From NCBI GenBank assembly GCA_049650305.1, contig JBARZW010000065.1:10585-74584 (forward strand): 64,000 nucleotides of DNA. Direction: 5' to 3'. Numbering within the stretch: the stretch's first letter is position 1; each line of letters opens with the position of its first letter. The notes under the pieces were generated by a model, which was not told the DNA's origin, did no database searches, and worked only from the letters and a program-made list of their open reading frames with translations. The translations under genes were made by a program, and so were the position numbers. Source of the DNA: Candidatus Promineifilaceae bacterium. GTDB lineage: Bacteria; Chloroflexota; Anaerolineae; Promineifilales; Promineifilaceae. Positions 46,883 through 56,806 of the stretch are shown in pieces.

Positions 46883-47938
46883 CTACTCCGTAGGACACCA
46901 GGTGGCTCCACCATCCTTACCAATATAATCGGTGATTTGCCTAAGATTTTTGCCTTCAGAGCTCATCAGGTACAGATCATGATCACCATCTTCATTTGAG
47001 GAGAAGACTATCAGATCATTCCCTATCCATTCAGGTTCTCTCTCACTCTCAATCAGCTCCGTCAATCGCGTTACTTCAGTCCCATCGGCCTGCATCCGAT
47101 AGATGTCATATGTCGCCGCTGCATCTGAGTCGAAAATGATAAATCGTCCATCAGGTGAAAACTCAGGGTTACGGTCCGAATAATTATTGTCGGTCAGTTG
47201 TCGCACATTGCCACTTCCATCAGCTCCAGTGACATATATCTCCCAATCTCCATCCCGATTACTTACGAAAATCAATTCTTCCCCATCTGGAGAGAAAGCC
47301 GGATTGGCATTGTCATATCCTTGTCTCTCCAAACAACCGAGATCCGCTCCTGACGCGTCAGCGAGACAGATATTGATTTTTGCATCCAGATTTGTTTGAT
47401 AGGCGACTCGATCTCCCTGTGGTGACCAGACCGCCGACCAATCTAAGGTATCATCCTTCATCATTTTGAAAAAGGGTAACGCCTCATAAGTATCCAAGCT
47501 TGTCCTGTACAGATCCACGATGGTTGCACCCGTCTGCTGCGAATATATCAACGTACGGCAATCCCGTGCCCAGGTTGGTTCGTATCCTTGGGTTACGCCT
47601 CCTGTTATTGGTGTTACCGTCCCATCCTGCCCATCGAATAAATATACCTGGAAACCGGCTCCAGCTTGCTCCGAATGAAAGGCTAGTTTGCCTGGAAAGC
47701 GTGCTTCGCCAAGTTGTACACTCGGTAGTTTTGTTGGTTGCTGGGGCGCTGGATATCCGTTATCACCCGCCGGCCCAGGGTAACCACTTTCAGCGGGGCC
47801 AGGATAACTGGAAGTCGTTGATATGGGTTCCTCTAAGATCTCCGCTGTGGGTTTAATTGCAGTCCCGTCCTCATTGCAGGCCACAAGAGAACTCGCCATT
47901 ATTACTAGAAATATCAGGATGCCGTAATGCTTGGTCAT
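46883..47938 (-). CDS. TolB-like beta-propeller (PD40/WD40-like repeat) lipoprotein
   Basis: Lipobox SLVAC, a Pro/Gly-rich linker, and repeated PD40-type motifs (PAFSPDGEELIFVSNRDGDWEIY, PEFSPDGRFIIFDS). Confidence 0.75.
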   Translation of the reverse strand: MTKHYGILIFLVIMASSLVACNEDGTAIKPTAEILEEPISTTSSYPGPAESGYPGPAGDNGYPAPQQPTKLPSVQLGEARFPGKLAFHSEQAGAGFQVYLFDGQDGTVTPITGGVTQGYEPTWARDCRTLIYSQQTGATIVDLYRTSLDTYEALPFFKMMKDDTLDWSAVWSPQGDRVAYQTNLDAKINICLADASGADLGCLERQGYDNANPAFSPDGEELIFVSNRDGDWEIYVTGADGSGNVRQLTDNNYSDRNPEFSPDGRFIIFDSDAAATYDIYRMQADGTEVTRLTELIESEREPEWIGNDLIVFSSNEDGDHDLYLMSSEGKNLRQITDYIGKDGGATWCPTE

Positions 47939-47958
47939 GTTGTTCCCACGATAAAGTT

Positions 47959-48795
47959 CTATCTGGATGAAGCAATCAACAAAGCGCGTAACTTAACCCA
48001 ATTTACTCGGCAACTTAATCGTGCCATCCTGATATCGTGCTCTACAAGTAGATCGTGAGTCGTATCAGATAAGATATGGCGAATAACGCCAAGAAATAAT
48101 CTGAAGGAATGGGCCTTGTTGATTTTCTTTGCCCGATAACCCGCAGTATACCAGTTAGCCATAGTTTGCAGTAGACTTGTCACATCATCTGTTCTCTGAT
48201 GGTATACAATAGCTTGAGGCAAGTACCAGAGTCGATATCCAGCGGCCGTTATTCTCAAACCTGCATCTACATCCTCGCCATTTGTCCGAAATTCAGGATT
48301 GAAGCCGCCTACTCCTCGTATCACAGCCAATCTGTAGGACATGCACAGTCCAAAAAGATGATCGACCTCCCTTTCCTTTTTTCCATGCCCCTGTGAAGCA
48401 TGTGCTCGACGCCAGCGGTCGGCGATTGAGCGGATATTCGATTCAACTCCTTGTCCTCCCACACCGCCAATATCAGGATCGGTATACCCGCCTGTTAGTG
48501 TCAACAACAGATCTTTCGCGGCCCAGGCATCTGAGTCAATAAAGACAATGATATCAGAATCGGCTTGCTTTATGGCTGTGTTACGTGCCGTCGCCAGTCC
48601 TCGATTATCGCTGTGCTGCACTAATTGAATTGGGTACTGGCGACAGATCTCCGCTGTTCTGTCGGTTGAACCATCGTCGATGACGATAAGCTCTTCTGCT
48701 GGTCGAGACTGGGTTAGAAGAGATTCGATGGTGGGTCCAATGAATTCTGCACCGTTATAGACTGGAATCGCAGCGGTAACTGTCAGGTTAGGCAT
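47959..48795 (-). CDS. Glycosyltransferase family 2
   Basis: AAIPVYNGAEFI, VIDDGSTDRT and IDSDAW motifs. The start is set at ATG 48795 (MPNLTV), overlapping the upstream stop by 8 nt. Confidence 0.8.
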   Translation of the reverse strand: MPNLTVTAAIPVYNGAEFIGPTIESLLTQSRPAEELIVIDDGSTDRTAEICRQYPIQLVQHSDNRGLATARNTAIKQADSDIIVFIDSDAWAAKDLLLTLTGGYTDPDIGGVGGQGVESNIRSIADRWRRAHASQGHGKKEREVDHLFGLCMSYRLAVIRGVGGFNPEFRTNGEDVDAGLRITAAGYRLWYLPQAIVYHQRTDDVTSLLQTMANWYTAGYRAKKINKAHSFRLFLGVIRHILSDTTHDLLVEHDIRMARLSCRVNWVKLRALLIASSR

Positions 48796-49741
48796 ATTCC
48801 TTTGCCCAGGCGATCGTGCTCTTGATGCCATCTTGCAAATCTACTTTCGGGCCCCAGCCGAGGAGCGTATTCGCTTTCTGAATGTCAGCCCTCATCTTAC
48901 GTTGGTCGCCCGGGCGTTCGTCCTGGTAGTCAACCCGATAGAGTTTTCGAGAATGACCAAAACCATCCAATATCATATCAACCAAGCGGTTAACCGTACA
49001 ATCTTGGCCGATACCGAGATTTATAACCTGGTTGTATGTTGAGGGACTTTCCAAAGCCGCCAGCCAGGCTTCTACCACATCTTCAATAAAGACAAAATCT
49101 CGCGATTGTTCACCGTCTCCATAGATCACAATCGGTTCGTCTCTTAAAGCATTGCCAATAAATATACCCATTACACCCTGGTATGGATTGTCCAACCTCT
49201 GACGGCTGCCATATACATTAAACATGCGAAAACTCGTGACGTTGAACGGCTTCTTCAGATCATTCCTGATTGAGGTGGCATGAACAAAGCGCTCAGCCGC
49301 GTATTTAGAAATCCCGTAATATGAGACCGGACGAACAGGTGTCGATTCGCTGATAGGGATCTTGTTTATATGCCCGTAGACAGTCATCGAACTGGCAAAT
49401 AAAAGACGAGGAACTTCGTATTCCAAGCATTTTAAGACGACATTCATCGTGCCAACTGTATTGACCTCTAGATCCAGATGCGGCTCGTCAAAGGATTGAA
49501 TTGTAGATGCTTGACCCGCGATATGGAAAACCGCATCCAGGCCTCCCGAGAAGGCTGCTTCGAGCTCAGCGGGATTGCGTACGTCCCCGAGAAAATATTC
49601 GGCGTCCTTGGGAATGTTCTCTACTCGCCCGGATGATTCATTATCGATAATGATTACCTCGTGTCCTAAGATGATCAGACGATCTGCAAGGTGACTGCCG
49701 ATAAATCCAGCGCCACCGGTAACCAACACACGTTTTGCCAC
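48788..49741 (-). CDS. NAD-dependent sugar-nucleotide epimerase/dehydratase (UDP-glucuronate decarboxylase/4-epimerase-like)
   Basis: VLVTGGAGFIGSHL and the YGISK catalytic motif; GTG start. Confidence 0.85.
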   Translation of the reverse strand: MAKRVLVTGGAGFIGSHLADRLIILGHEVIIIDNESSGRVENIPKDAEYFLGDVRNPAELEAAFSGGLDAVFHIAGQASTIQSFDEPHLDLEVNTVGTMNVVLKCLEYEVPRLLFASSMTVYGHINKIPISESTPVRPVSYYGISKYAAERFVHATSIRNDLKKPFNVTSFRMFNVYGSRQRLDNPYQGVMGIFIGNALRDEPIVIYGDGEQSRDFVFIEDVVEAWLAALESPSTYNQVINLGIGQDCTVNRLVDMILDGFGHSRKLYRVDYQDERPGDQRKMRADIQKANTLLGWGPKVDLQDGIKSTIAWAKEYA

Positions 49742-49786
49742 ACATACCTCCTAGATAGTGTAAAAATCCAAGAATAATGTCGACCT

Positions 49787-49828
49787 GAAGAAACGAAGGC
49801 GACATGGTTTCAATCGCCTATGTCGCCT
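49787..49828 (-). terminator. Candidate terminator after the 565-aa AP-family gene
   Basis: 9-bp stem AGGCGACAT (49797-49805) / ATGTCGCCT (49820-49828) with a 14-nt loop. On the minus strand it is followed by TCGTTTCTTC. Confidence 0.4.
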
Positions 49829-49866
49829 GGGGACAAATAACTTAACTACTCTAAACCACCAAGCAA

Positions 49867-51564
49867 CTATTCAATATATCCCATTCCGCGGAGCCTTTGA
49901 AGCAGCTGCGCTTCTTCCTCTCCTGATAATTCCTGCACGGGAGTTCCGGTCACAAGATCGCTGCTCTCCGCTTCTCTGGCAACGATTGGAAATGCATCAA
50001 TGTGAACCGGATCAAGGAGCTCGGTCAGGACTCGACCATCAAAGTTTGATGGCACAGGTAGTCCCATCAAGTACAAAATAGTTGACGGTATGTCAACCAG
50101 GCCAAGTAAAGGCAGATCTTCCTGAGGAACTACTGGTGGGCCCATGGCCATAAAGATACCATCTTGACGGTGTTCTCCAGGCCTAAATGGGGAAGTAGAC
50201 TCTGTCAGGAGTCGTCCCGCCAAAGATCCGCCGGCAATATATTTTGGTTTCAGCATTAGGATCACATCCGGGAAACGATCGACGTAGGGACCGCTGTACA
50301 GTTCCTCGCGTTTAAATGCCTCGTCGACTATTGGCTCTCCGCTGATGGGATCCAACATCTTCTTGGCTTCGCCGATGATGTATTCGCGTAATTTGTCGTA
50401 TTCACTGCCGGTCGAAACAATTCCCTCGCGCCTTTTTTCAACTAGGTTTATCTCGATACCACAAACATGAAAATAGATCGGTACCCAATAGGCTTGTGTA
50501 CTGTTCCAATCAATGATGTCAGTGCTAACCGATTCGGCGATTCCCTTGATCGATGATTGTGTTCTCTCAGGAATCACCCGCCGGATCAGGCGTTTTGCCT
50601 TATCGTTTCGGCCGATGCGTACTCTCCAGTACTCCATGTCCAAGAGACTGTCGCGTCTGCGTCTATGCAAAAGGCCAATCCTCTCTAACCAGATGTTCAA
50701 GTAGACCCGCCTGATCGGTGAAGCGCCAAAGCCATGATCTGATAACACCATAGAAACAGCCGGCTCGCCGAATGACTCGACCAATTGACCAATAGTCTCA
50801 TCCAACTCAGTTAGATAACGGACAATATCAGACTGAATTCGACCCGCGGCTTTGCCATCGTTTTGAACAATGGAATCCAGATCATCCCAAAAGAAGTGTG
50901 AAAGGCGATCAGTGCCCGTAAAGACGACCATGAAGAAATCCCATTGTTGTTCTTCAAGCAAACTTAGACATACTTTGCCCCGAATCTGAGACATCTCTCG
51001 AATTTTCGTCAGAATAACTGATTTCGGCGGAAATCCATGGTTTCGAAACTGATCATCTTCCCGGAGGAAATCCAGATCAATCACATAATCATCGCTCAGT
51101 GAAGCTGTAAGTGAGGGAGGGTATGTGTAATCTCGAGCACTTGGTGGCGTCAGCATTCCCGATACCATGTATCCATTGACTGCACGAGGTGGATAGGTAA
51201 GTGGCACATTGATCACAGCCACTCTCTTTCCATGATCGCTCATGATCTCCCACAGTGTATGCCCAAGGCGCCTTGAATCTACAAATCCACTTCCGGAGGT
51301 ACCATAGTTAAATAGATCGCGCTCCTGGAAAGATATGATCCCATGTTGGCCGGGATTCTGACCTGTAGCGAAAGTACTCCAAGCAGCGCCAGTAAAGGGT
51401 GGAATCGTCGACGCCAGTCGACCCCAAGATCCCTTTATCATTAAAGTGGCAAGATGAGGGAGAATTCCTTGTTTCACTAAAGGCAGCAAAACATCGAAAG
51501 TAGCTCCATCAAGACCGATTACGAGAATCCTTGGTTTCGTTCCCATGATTGAATGATTGTACAA
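49867..51564 (-). CDS. Alkaline phosphatase superfamily protein, nucleotide pyrophosphatase/phosphodiesterase (NPP)-like
   Basis: PRILVIGLDG (metal-binding Asp) and PPFTGAAWSTFATGQNPGQHGI with a candidate Thr58 nucleophile, which I align to the NPP T-F-P-N-H...HG motif. Later SDHGF. Confidence 0.75.
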   Translation of the reverse strand: MYNHSIMGTKPRILVIGLDGATFDVLLPLVKQGILPHLATLMIKGSWGRLASTIPPFTGAAWSTFATGQNPGQHGIISFQERDLFNYGTSGSGFVDSRRLGHTLWEIMSDHGKRVAVINVPLTYPPRAVNGYMVSGMLTPPSARDYTYPPSLTASLSDDYVIDLDFLREDDQFRNHGFPPKSVILTKIREMSQIRGKVCLSLLEEQQWDFFMVVFTGTDRLSHFFWDDLDSIVQNDGKAAGRIQSDIVRYLTELDETIGQLVESFGEPAVSMVLSDHGFGASPIRRVYLNIWLERIGLLHRRRRDSLLDMEYWRVRIGRNDKAKRLIRRVIPERTQSSIKGIAESVSTDIIDWNSTQAYWVPIYFHVCGIEINLVEKRREGIVSTGSEYDKLREYIIGEAKKMLDPISGEPIVDEAFKREELYSGPYVDRFPDVILMLKPKYIAGGSLAGRLLTESTSPFRPGEHRQDGIFMAMGPPVVPQEDLPLLGLVDIPSTILYLMGLPVPSNFDGRVLTELLDPVHIDAFPIVAREAESSDLVTGTPVQELSGEEEAQLLQRLRGMGYIE

Positions 51565-51660
51565 AGAATGTTGCTATGAAGACAGAGCTACAGTTTGGGC
51601 AAATTATATTCAGCCACAGCATCAAAGACTAAGTTGAATGATCTTAACGCTAGAGGTCAG

Positions 51661-53172
51661 CTAACATGGCGAAGGAAGCCACAGATCAATTATGGAAGAA
51701 GGCACGCCAATTTCCTGCCAATGGCTTATCAACTGATTGTGTAAATCTTGAGCGATCCCACATTGTGAGTCGATCAGGTTATCAAGCTGAAGCGGATCGG
51801 TGAGTAGGTAGTATAGCTCACTTGGGGCGTGGGCAGAGCCGTCCAGCAACGTCCACTCGCCATCTGTGACCGTGGCCCGTGGCTTGCTGGATAATGAAGC
51901 TACCAATGAGCGACTTGAAACAGCTATTTGCCTCGGAGATCCAGATTGACCATTCATATAAGGCAAGAGCGAATAACCGTGCATCGTTCCCGGATCAGAG
52001 GCCCCGGCCATATCTAGGATTGTAGGCATGATATCTGCAGGCTGGGCTAATGGTTCTAGCTGCGCAGGCGCCAGACCTGGAACCCGAATCATCAGCGGAA
52101 TATGATTTAGTTCCTGATAAAGCGGGTACGCTTCATAATGTCCTAGATGAGACCAGGCTTTTCCAACGGCGTTGTGCTCTCCAAGGAGGAAACCATGATC
52201 CGAGGTGAAAATAACAACGGTATTATGAGACAAGCCGAGGTTATCAAGTTCTGCTAGCAATATTCCAAACCAATGGTCCACCATGGTGATCTCGCCGGCA
52301 TAAAGGGCTCTGACGTGCTCAAGTTCTTCTGGAGTCAGATAATCTGGCGGCGCATACGCCGGGTATATGACCTCTTCACCCTCATATCCAGGGTTGTAGA
52401 GATCAACGTATGTCTGCGGTGGATCCCATGGTTCGTGTGGATCGAAGGAGTCGATATGCAGATAAAATGGACCGTAGGTCGTATTCCGGCGCAACCACTC
52501 TATGGCAGCCTGTATTGTCTGGGCTACAAGATAATCCGCTTCACCTGTTCGGCCGGATACGTTTCTCAGGTATTGTTCAACCGGTTCAGCTCCTCCACGG
52601 AATTTGGAGGGATCGGCGGGAAGAGTGGGGTGAAGAGGGTTGGCCCGAAACCGATCCCTCTCCTGTCCTCTGATCCATTCCCATGAGCTGAACCCGCGAT
52701 CGAAATAGAATCCCTCATCTTTCAGGTGCCAATTGTCAAATACGGCTCCAGTGGTATAGCCAGCTTCATTCATGACCGTCGCAGTAACAATCTCACCCTC
52801 TGGTAGATCCTCCCAGTCCATCTCGGTATACATGTAGCGCCCGGTAAATAGCTCAGCCCTATTGAGCACTGTTGGAAATCCCCCCGCGTATACGCGGTTA
52901 AATACTTGTGACTGCCCAGCGAAAGCATCTACGTTGGGTGTTTGAATCCAGTTATTCCCAAAGATTCCTACGTGATCAAACCGCCAAGTGTCGCACATAA
53001 CGACAATGAAGTTAAGCGTGTTTCCATCCGCTCGACCTAGGATTCTGGGTAGAAAGCAAAGATGGTTTTCCAACCCCTGACTTGGCAGCAGCTCGTTGGC
53101 GAATAGTGTCGTAGCTCCCATGGCGCCCGCACCTGCCATAAACTGCCGGCGAGTCACTTCTTTCCGAGCCAT
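51661..53172 (-). CDS. Tat-exported sulfatase-family (AP superfamily) protein lacking the C/S-x-P-x-R formylglycine motif
   Basis: Twin-arginine signal TRRQFMAGAGAMGA. Sulfatase-like FIVVMCDTWRFDHVG, GFPTVLNRAELFTGRY and FTSDHG. Confidence 0.75.
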   Translation of the reverse strand: MARKEVTRRQFMAGAGAMGATTLFANELLPSQGLENHLCFLPRILGRADGNTLNFIVVMCDTWRFDHVGIFGNNWIQTPNVDAFAGQSQVFNRVYAGGFPTVLNRAELFTGRYMYTEMDWEDLPEGEIVTATVMNEAGYTTGAVFDNWHLKDEGFYFDRGFSSWEWIRGQERDRFRANPLHPTLPADPSKFRGGAEPVEQYLRNVSGRTGEADYLVAQTIQAAIEWLRRNTTYGPFYLHIDSFDPHEPWDPPQTYVDLYNPGYEGEEVIYPAYAPPDYLTPEELEHVRALYAGEITMVDHWFGILLAELDNLGLSHNTVVIFTSDHGFLLGEHNAVGKAWSHLGHYEAYPLYQELNHIPLMIRVPGLAPAQLEPLAQPADIMPTILDMAGASDPGTMHGYSLLPYMNGQSGSPRQIAVSSRSLVASLSSKPRATVTDGEWTLLDGSAHAPSELYYLLTDPLQLDNLIDSQCGIAQDLHNQLISHWQEIGVPSSIIDLWLPSPC

Positions 53173-53429
53173 ATCTCAACCTTCCTTCTGATGTTTTTTG
53201 AGGTGCACGATAGATTCTAACCGCTGGATGGTAGGCCAGCTTACCGGTAAACGATAGCACACGTAACTGACCATCAGTTGAGCCAGAGATTAGAAATGAA
53301 TGAACTTTGATATTACTTTGTCCCCATCGATTAAGTACCCTACAATTGGTATGATAACAGCATCGTCGTTGGCGATGCTGTTTTGCCGTGAAAATACTAG
53401 ATAATAATTAGTTATACACAGGGAACTTT

Positions 53430-54647
53430 ATGACGGATTTTCAATCATCTGTAAATGTTGTTGCTCTCCTTGACGTAAGCCCTCCGCATGGTGGTCAGTT
53501 GGTCAACCGTATGATGCGTGGTCAGATGCGAAAAGCGGTGCAAGAGCGGGCGGAAGAGCTCGCCAAGGTCGAGTTGAGTCCATTTAGTTTGTCTGACCTC
53601 GAACTTCTTGCCCATGGCGCGATGAGCCCGCTAACCGGTTTCATGGGACAGGCTGACTACGAGCGCGTGGTTGGCGAAATGCGATTGAGCAACAATCTTC
53701 TATGGTCGCTACCCATTACTCTTCCCATCGATAGAGAAACAGCGAGTGGATTCCAGATCGGCCAGGAAATCGCCCTTTGCGAAGAGGGAAGGGTTCTCGC
53801 AGTCTTGGAAGTAGCCGAACTTTACGAATACGACAAGCTTCGGGAGGCAGAACTGGTTTATGGAACGACCGACGAGTCACACCCAGGCGTTTCCCGGTTA
53901 TTGCAACAGGGCGATATCCTGGTGGGAGGTGAGATCTGGGTAGTCGATTTGCCTGCTGCGGCGGCAAGCGAATTCCCTGAGTTGCGACACACACCTGCTC
54001 AAACACGAAGGATGTTCGCCAGGCGTGGTTGGCGCCGGATCGTCGGATTCCAGACCAGAAATCCTATACACCGGGCCCATGAGTATATTCAGAAAGCGGC
54101 GCTTGAAATTGTTGATGGGCTTTTCATCCATCCCCTGGTAGGCGAAACAAAACCCGACGATATCCCAGCGGATGTCCGTATTGCCAGTTATCAGGCAATC
54201 CTTCGTGATTATTATCCAGCGGACAGTGTGCTGCTGGGCGTATTTCCGGCGGCTATGCGATATGCCGGTCCTCGTGAGGCGATCTTCCACGCCCTGGTCC
54301 GCAAGAACTACGGCTGCACTCATTTTATTGTCGGGCGCGATCATGCTGGCGTCGGCGATTATTACGGCACTTATGATGCGCAACTTATCTTCGACACCTT
54401 CAAACGGGATGAAGTCGGCATCGAAATACTACCCTTCGATTACACTTTCTATTGTCGGAAATGCGGTATGGTCGTGAGTTCGAAAACGTGTCCGCACGAC
54501 CGCGAGAACTGGATCTTCTTGAGCGGTACGGAAGTGCGGGAGATGTTGGAGCGAGGTGAAATGCTCCCTCCTGAATTCACGCGTCCAGAGGTCTCGAAAG
54601 TCCTACTAGACGGTATGAAAGCGAAAAACAAAAACGATTCTCCGTAA
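53430..54647 (+). CDS. sat: Sulfate adenylyltransferase (ATP sulfurylase)
   Basis: FQTRNPIHRAHEY and HFIVGRDHAGVG motifs; 405 aa. Confidence 0.9.
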   Translation: MTDFQSSVNVVALLDVSPPHGGQLVNRMMRGQMRKAVQERAEELAKVELSPFSLSDLELLAHGAMSPLTGFMGQADYERVVGEMRLSNNLLWSLPITLPIDRETASGFQIGQEIALCEEGRVLAVLEVAELYEYDKLREAELVYGTTDESHPGVSRLLQQGDILVGGEIWVVDLPAAAASEFPELRHTPAQTRRMFARRGWRRIVGFQTRNPIHRAHEYIQKAALEIVDGLFIHPLVGETKPDDIPADVRIASYQAILRDYYPADSVLLGVFPAAMRYAGPREAIFHALVRKNYGCTHFIVGRDHAGVGDYYGTYDAQLIFDTFKRDEVGIEILPFDYTFYCRKCGMVVSSKTCPHDRENWIFLSGTEVREMLERGEMLPPEFTRPEVSKVLLDGMKAKNKNDSP

Positions 54648-54711
54648 CCATTCCGGTTCGCAGTCCGCTATCGTATTGCTTTCGGTTTGACCACCGCCAA
54701 GAGAAAAACGC

Positions 54712-56142
54712 ATGTTGAAGAGACTGTTTGGACGAAAAAAGAGCCCTAAGGTGTTCGTAATTGGGCTTGACTGCGCCCCGCCAGAGTTAATATTCCACTC
54801 CTGGCGAGACAAGCTACCCAATTTTAAGCGGCTGATAGATGGGGGTGCTACAAGCGAATTGTATAGCTCTACGCCGGCCATAACCGTGCCAGCGTGGAGT
54901 TCTATGACCAGCAGTAAAGATCCCGGTGTCCTCGGCTTTTATGGGTTTCGCAATCGACGAGATTATAGTTACGATAATCGTTACATAGCTACTGGTTTGA
55001 CGGTAAAAGAGAGACGCATCTGGGATATCCTCGGTGAGGCGGGTTTGCAGTGTACTATCGTCGGTGTACCCCAAACTTACCCAGTCAAGCCAGTCAATGG
55101 TTTTCTGATCTCCAGCTTTCTGACTCCAAGTACGACGAATCCGAAAGTCCAGTGGACTCATCCGGCGTCACTTCGAACAGAGGTTGAGAGTCTGCTCGCT
55201 CCGGACGTATATGATGTCGACGTGCCCCAATTCCGGACCGATGACAAGGCATTCTTGTTAAAGCAGATTTACGATATGACTGGGAAACGGTTTCGGGTGC
55301 TCCGGTATCTTATGGACGAGAAACCATGGGATTTCTTTATGTTTGTGGAAATGGGCGTCGATCGCATCCATCACGGTCTTTGGGCCCATCACGATCCAGA
55401 GCATCGAAAGCATGATCCTGACAGCCCATTCGTTAGTGCGATTTGGGAATACTATCTCTATCTTGATAAGGAAATTGGTACGTTACTCGAGAGAATACCT
55501 CCCGAGACCCATGTAATCGTTGTCTCCGACCATGGCGTAAAAAAAATGGACGGCGGGATTTGTATCAATGAGTGGCTCCGACGAGAGGGCTATCTCCAAT
55601 TGTACGACGATCCTCCAGAGGGCCATCTGTCATCCTTTGAGAAGGTGGAGGTGGATTGGGCTAACACAAGAGTATGGGGTGACGGTGGTTATTACGGCCG
55701 GATATTTCTTAATGTAGAGGGCCGCGAATCCAACGGCGTGATACCGGCAGACGAATACGAATCATTTCGCGAAACCCTGGCCGATCATATCAAGAGCATA
55801 CCCGCACCTGATGGCAAGATGCTGGACACCAAAGTTTTCAAGCCCCAGGATATCTACCGTGAAGTGCGCGGCGTGGCACCTGATCTTCTCGTTTATTTTG
55901 ACAACCTGGGTTGGCGCTCGGTAGGCAGTTTTGGTCACGGTGATATCTACACCTTAGAAAACGATACGGGACCAGATGACGCGAATCACGCGGTAAATGG
56001 CATATGGATATATACACCTCCCGAAGAGGATCTCGGCGGTGTATCCTTGCCTCCAACCCAATTGATGGACTTTGCGCCGACGATCCTTGATATATTTGGT
56101 CTGCCAATTCCCTCTGACATGCAAGGTAAAGTAATTAGATAA
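54712..56142 (+). CDS. Alkaline phosphatase superfamily protein, NPP-like (paralog type of 49867..51564)
   Basis: PKVFVIGLDCA and STPAITVPAWSSMTSSKDPGVLG with a candidate Thr58; later VVSDHGV. It lies between sat and cysC on the same strand. Confidence 0.75.
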   Translation: MLKRLFGRKKSPKVFVIGLDCAPPELIFHSWRDKLPNFKRLIDGGATSELYSSTPAITVPAWSSMTSSKDPGVLGFYGFRNRRDYSYDNRYIATGLTVKERRIWDILGEAGLQCTIVGVPQTYPVKPVNGFLISSFLTPSTTNPKVQWTHPASLRTEVESLLAPDVYDVDVPQFRTDDKAFLLKQIYDMTGKRFRVLRYLMDEKPWDFFMFVEMGVDRIHHGLWAHHDPEHRKHDPDSPFVSAIWEYYLYLDKEIGTLLERIPPETHVIVVSDHGVKKMDGGICINEWLRREGYLQLYDDPPEGHLSSFEKVEVDWANTRVWGDGGYYGRIFLNVEGRESNGVIPADEYESFRETLADHIKSIPAPDGKMLDTKVFKPQDIYREVRGVAPDLLVYFDNLGWRSVGSFGHGDIYTLENDTGPDDANHAVNGIWIYTPPEEDLGGVSLPPTQLMDFAPTILDIFGLPIPSDMQGKVIR

Positions 56143-56172
56143 GTAAGCGCTTAAAAATATAGATTCACTCAT

Positions 56173-56739
56173 ATGACGAAAACAGATTCAGCAAAAGAAC
56201 AGAAAGGATTCGTTCTCTGGATGACCGGTCTATCCGGATCGGGCAAGACCACCATTGCTCATATCCTTGAGGAGGAGTTGCGCGGGCGTGGTCTTAAGGT
56301 GGAACGTCTTGATGGCGATATTGTTCGTGAGAGCCTCACCCGCGACCTGGGATTCAGCAAGGAAGACCGTGAGAAGAATATCGAGCGAATCACCTTCGTA
56401 GCCAAGTTACTTTCTCGCAACGGGGTCGCCTGCATTTGCTCCTTTATCTCTCCCTACCAGTCGATACGCGATCGCGTTCGTGCGGAAACCACGCATTTCA
56501 TTGAGGTATTTGTGGACGCTTCTCTGGAATCCGTAATCGAGCGAGATGTGAAAGGCCTATACAAGATGGCCCTTGAAGGAGAGATCCCTAATTTTACCGG
56601 GATTTCTGATCCATTTGAGGCGCCGGCCAATCCGGATATTCATGTGCGTACCGATCTCCAGACACCTCTCGAGAGTGCTGGCAAAATCCTCGGCGAACTA
56701 GAGGATACGGGACTAATCCCGGTTGCGGAACTGGTATAG
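56173..56739 (+). CDS. cysC: Adenylyl-sulfate (APS) kinase
   Basis: GFVLWMTGLSGSGKTTIA P-loop, LDGDIVR, SFISPY. Confidence 0.9.
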   Translation: MTKTDSAKEQKGFVLWMTGLSGSGKTTIAHILEEELRGRGLKVERLDGDIVRESLTRDLGFSKEDREKNIERITFVAKLLSRNGVACICSFISPYQSIRDRVRAETTHFIEVFVDASLESVIERDVKGLYKMALEGEIPNFTGISDPFEAPANPDIHVRTDLQTPLESAGKILGELEDTGLIPVAELV

Positions 56740-56806
56740 AGCTAGTGTAAAAGCAGGATCTATCTGCCACAATCGCATTGTTTCAACATTTGGTTGATGA
56801 GAGGAT

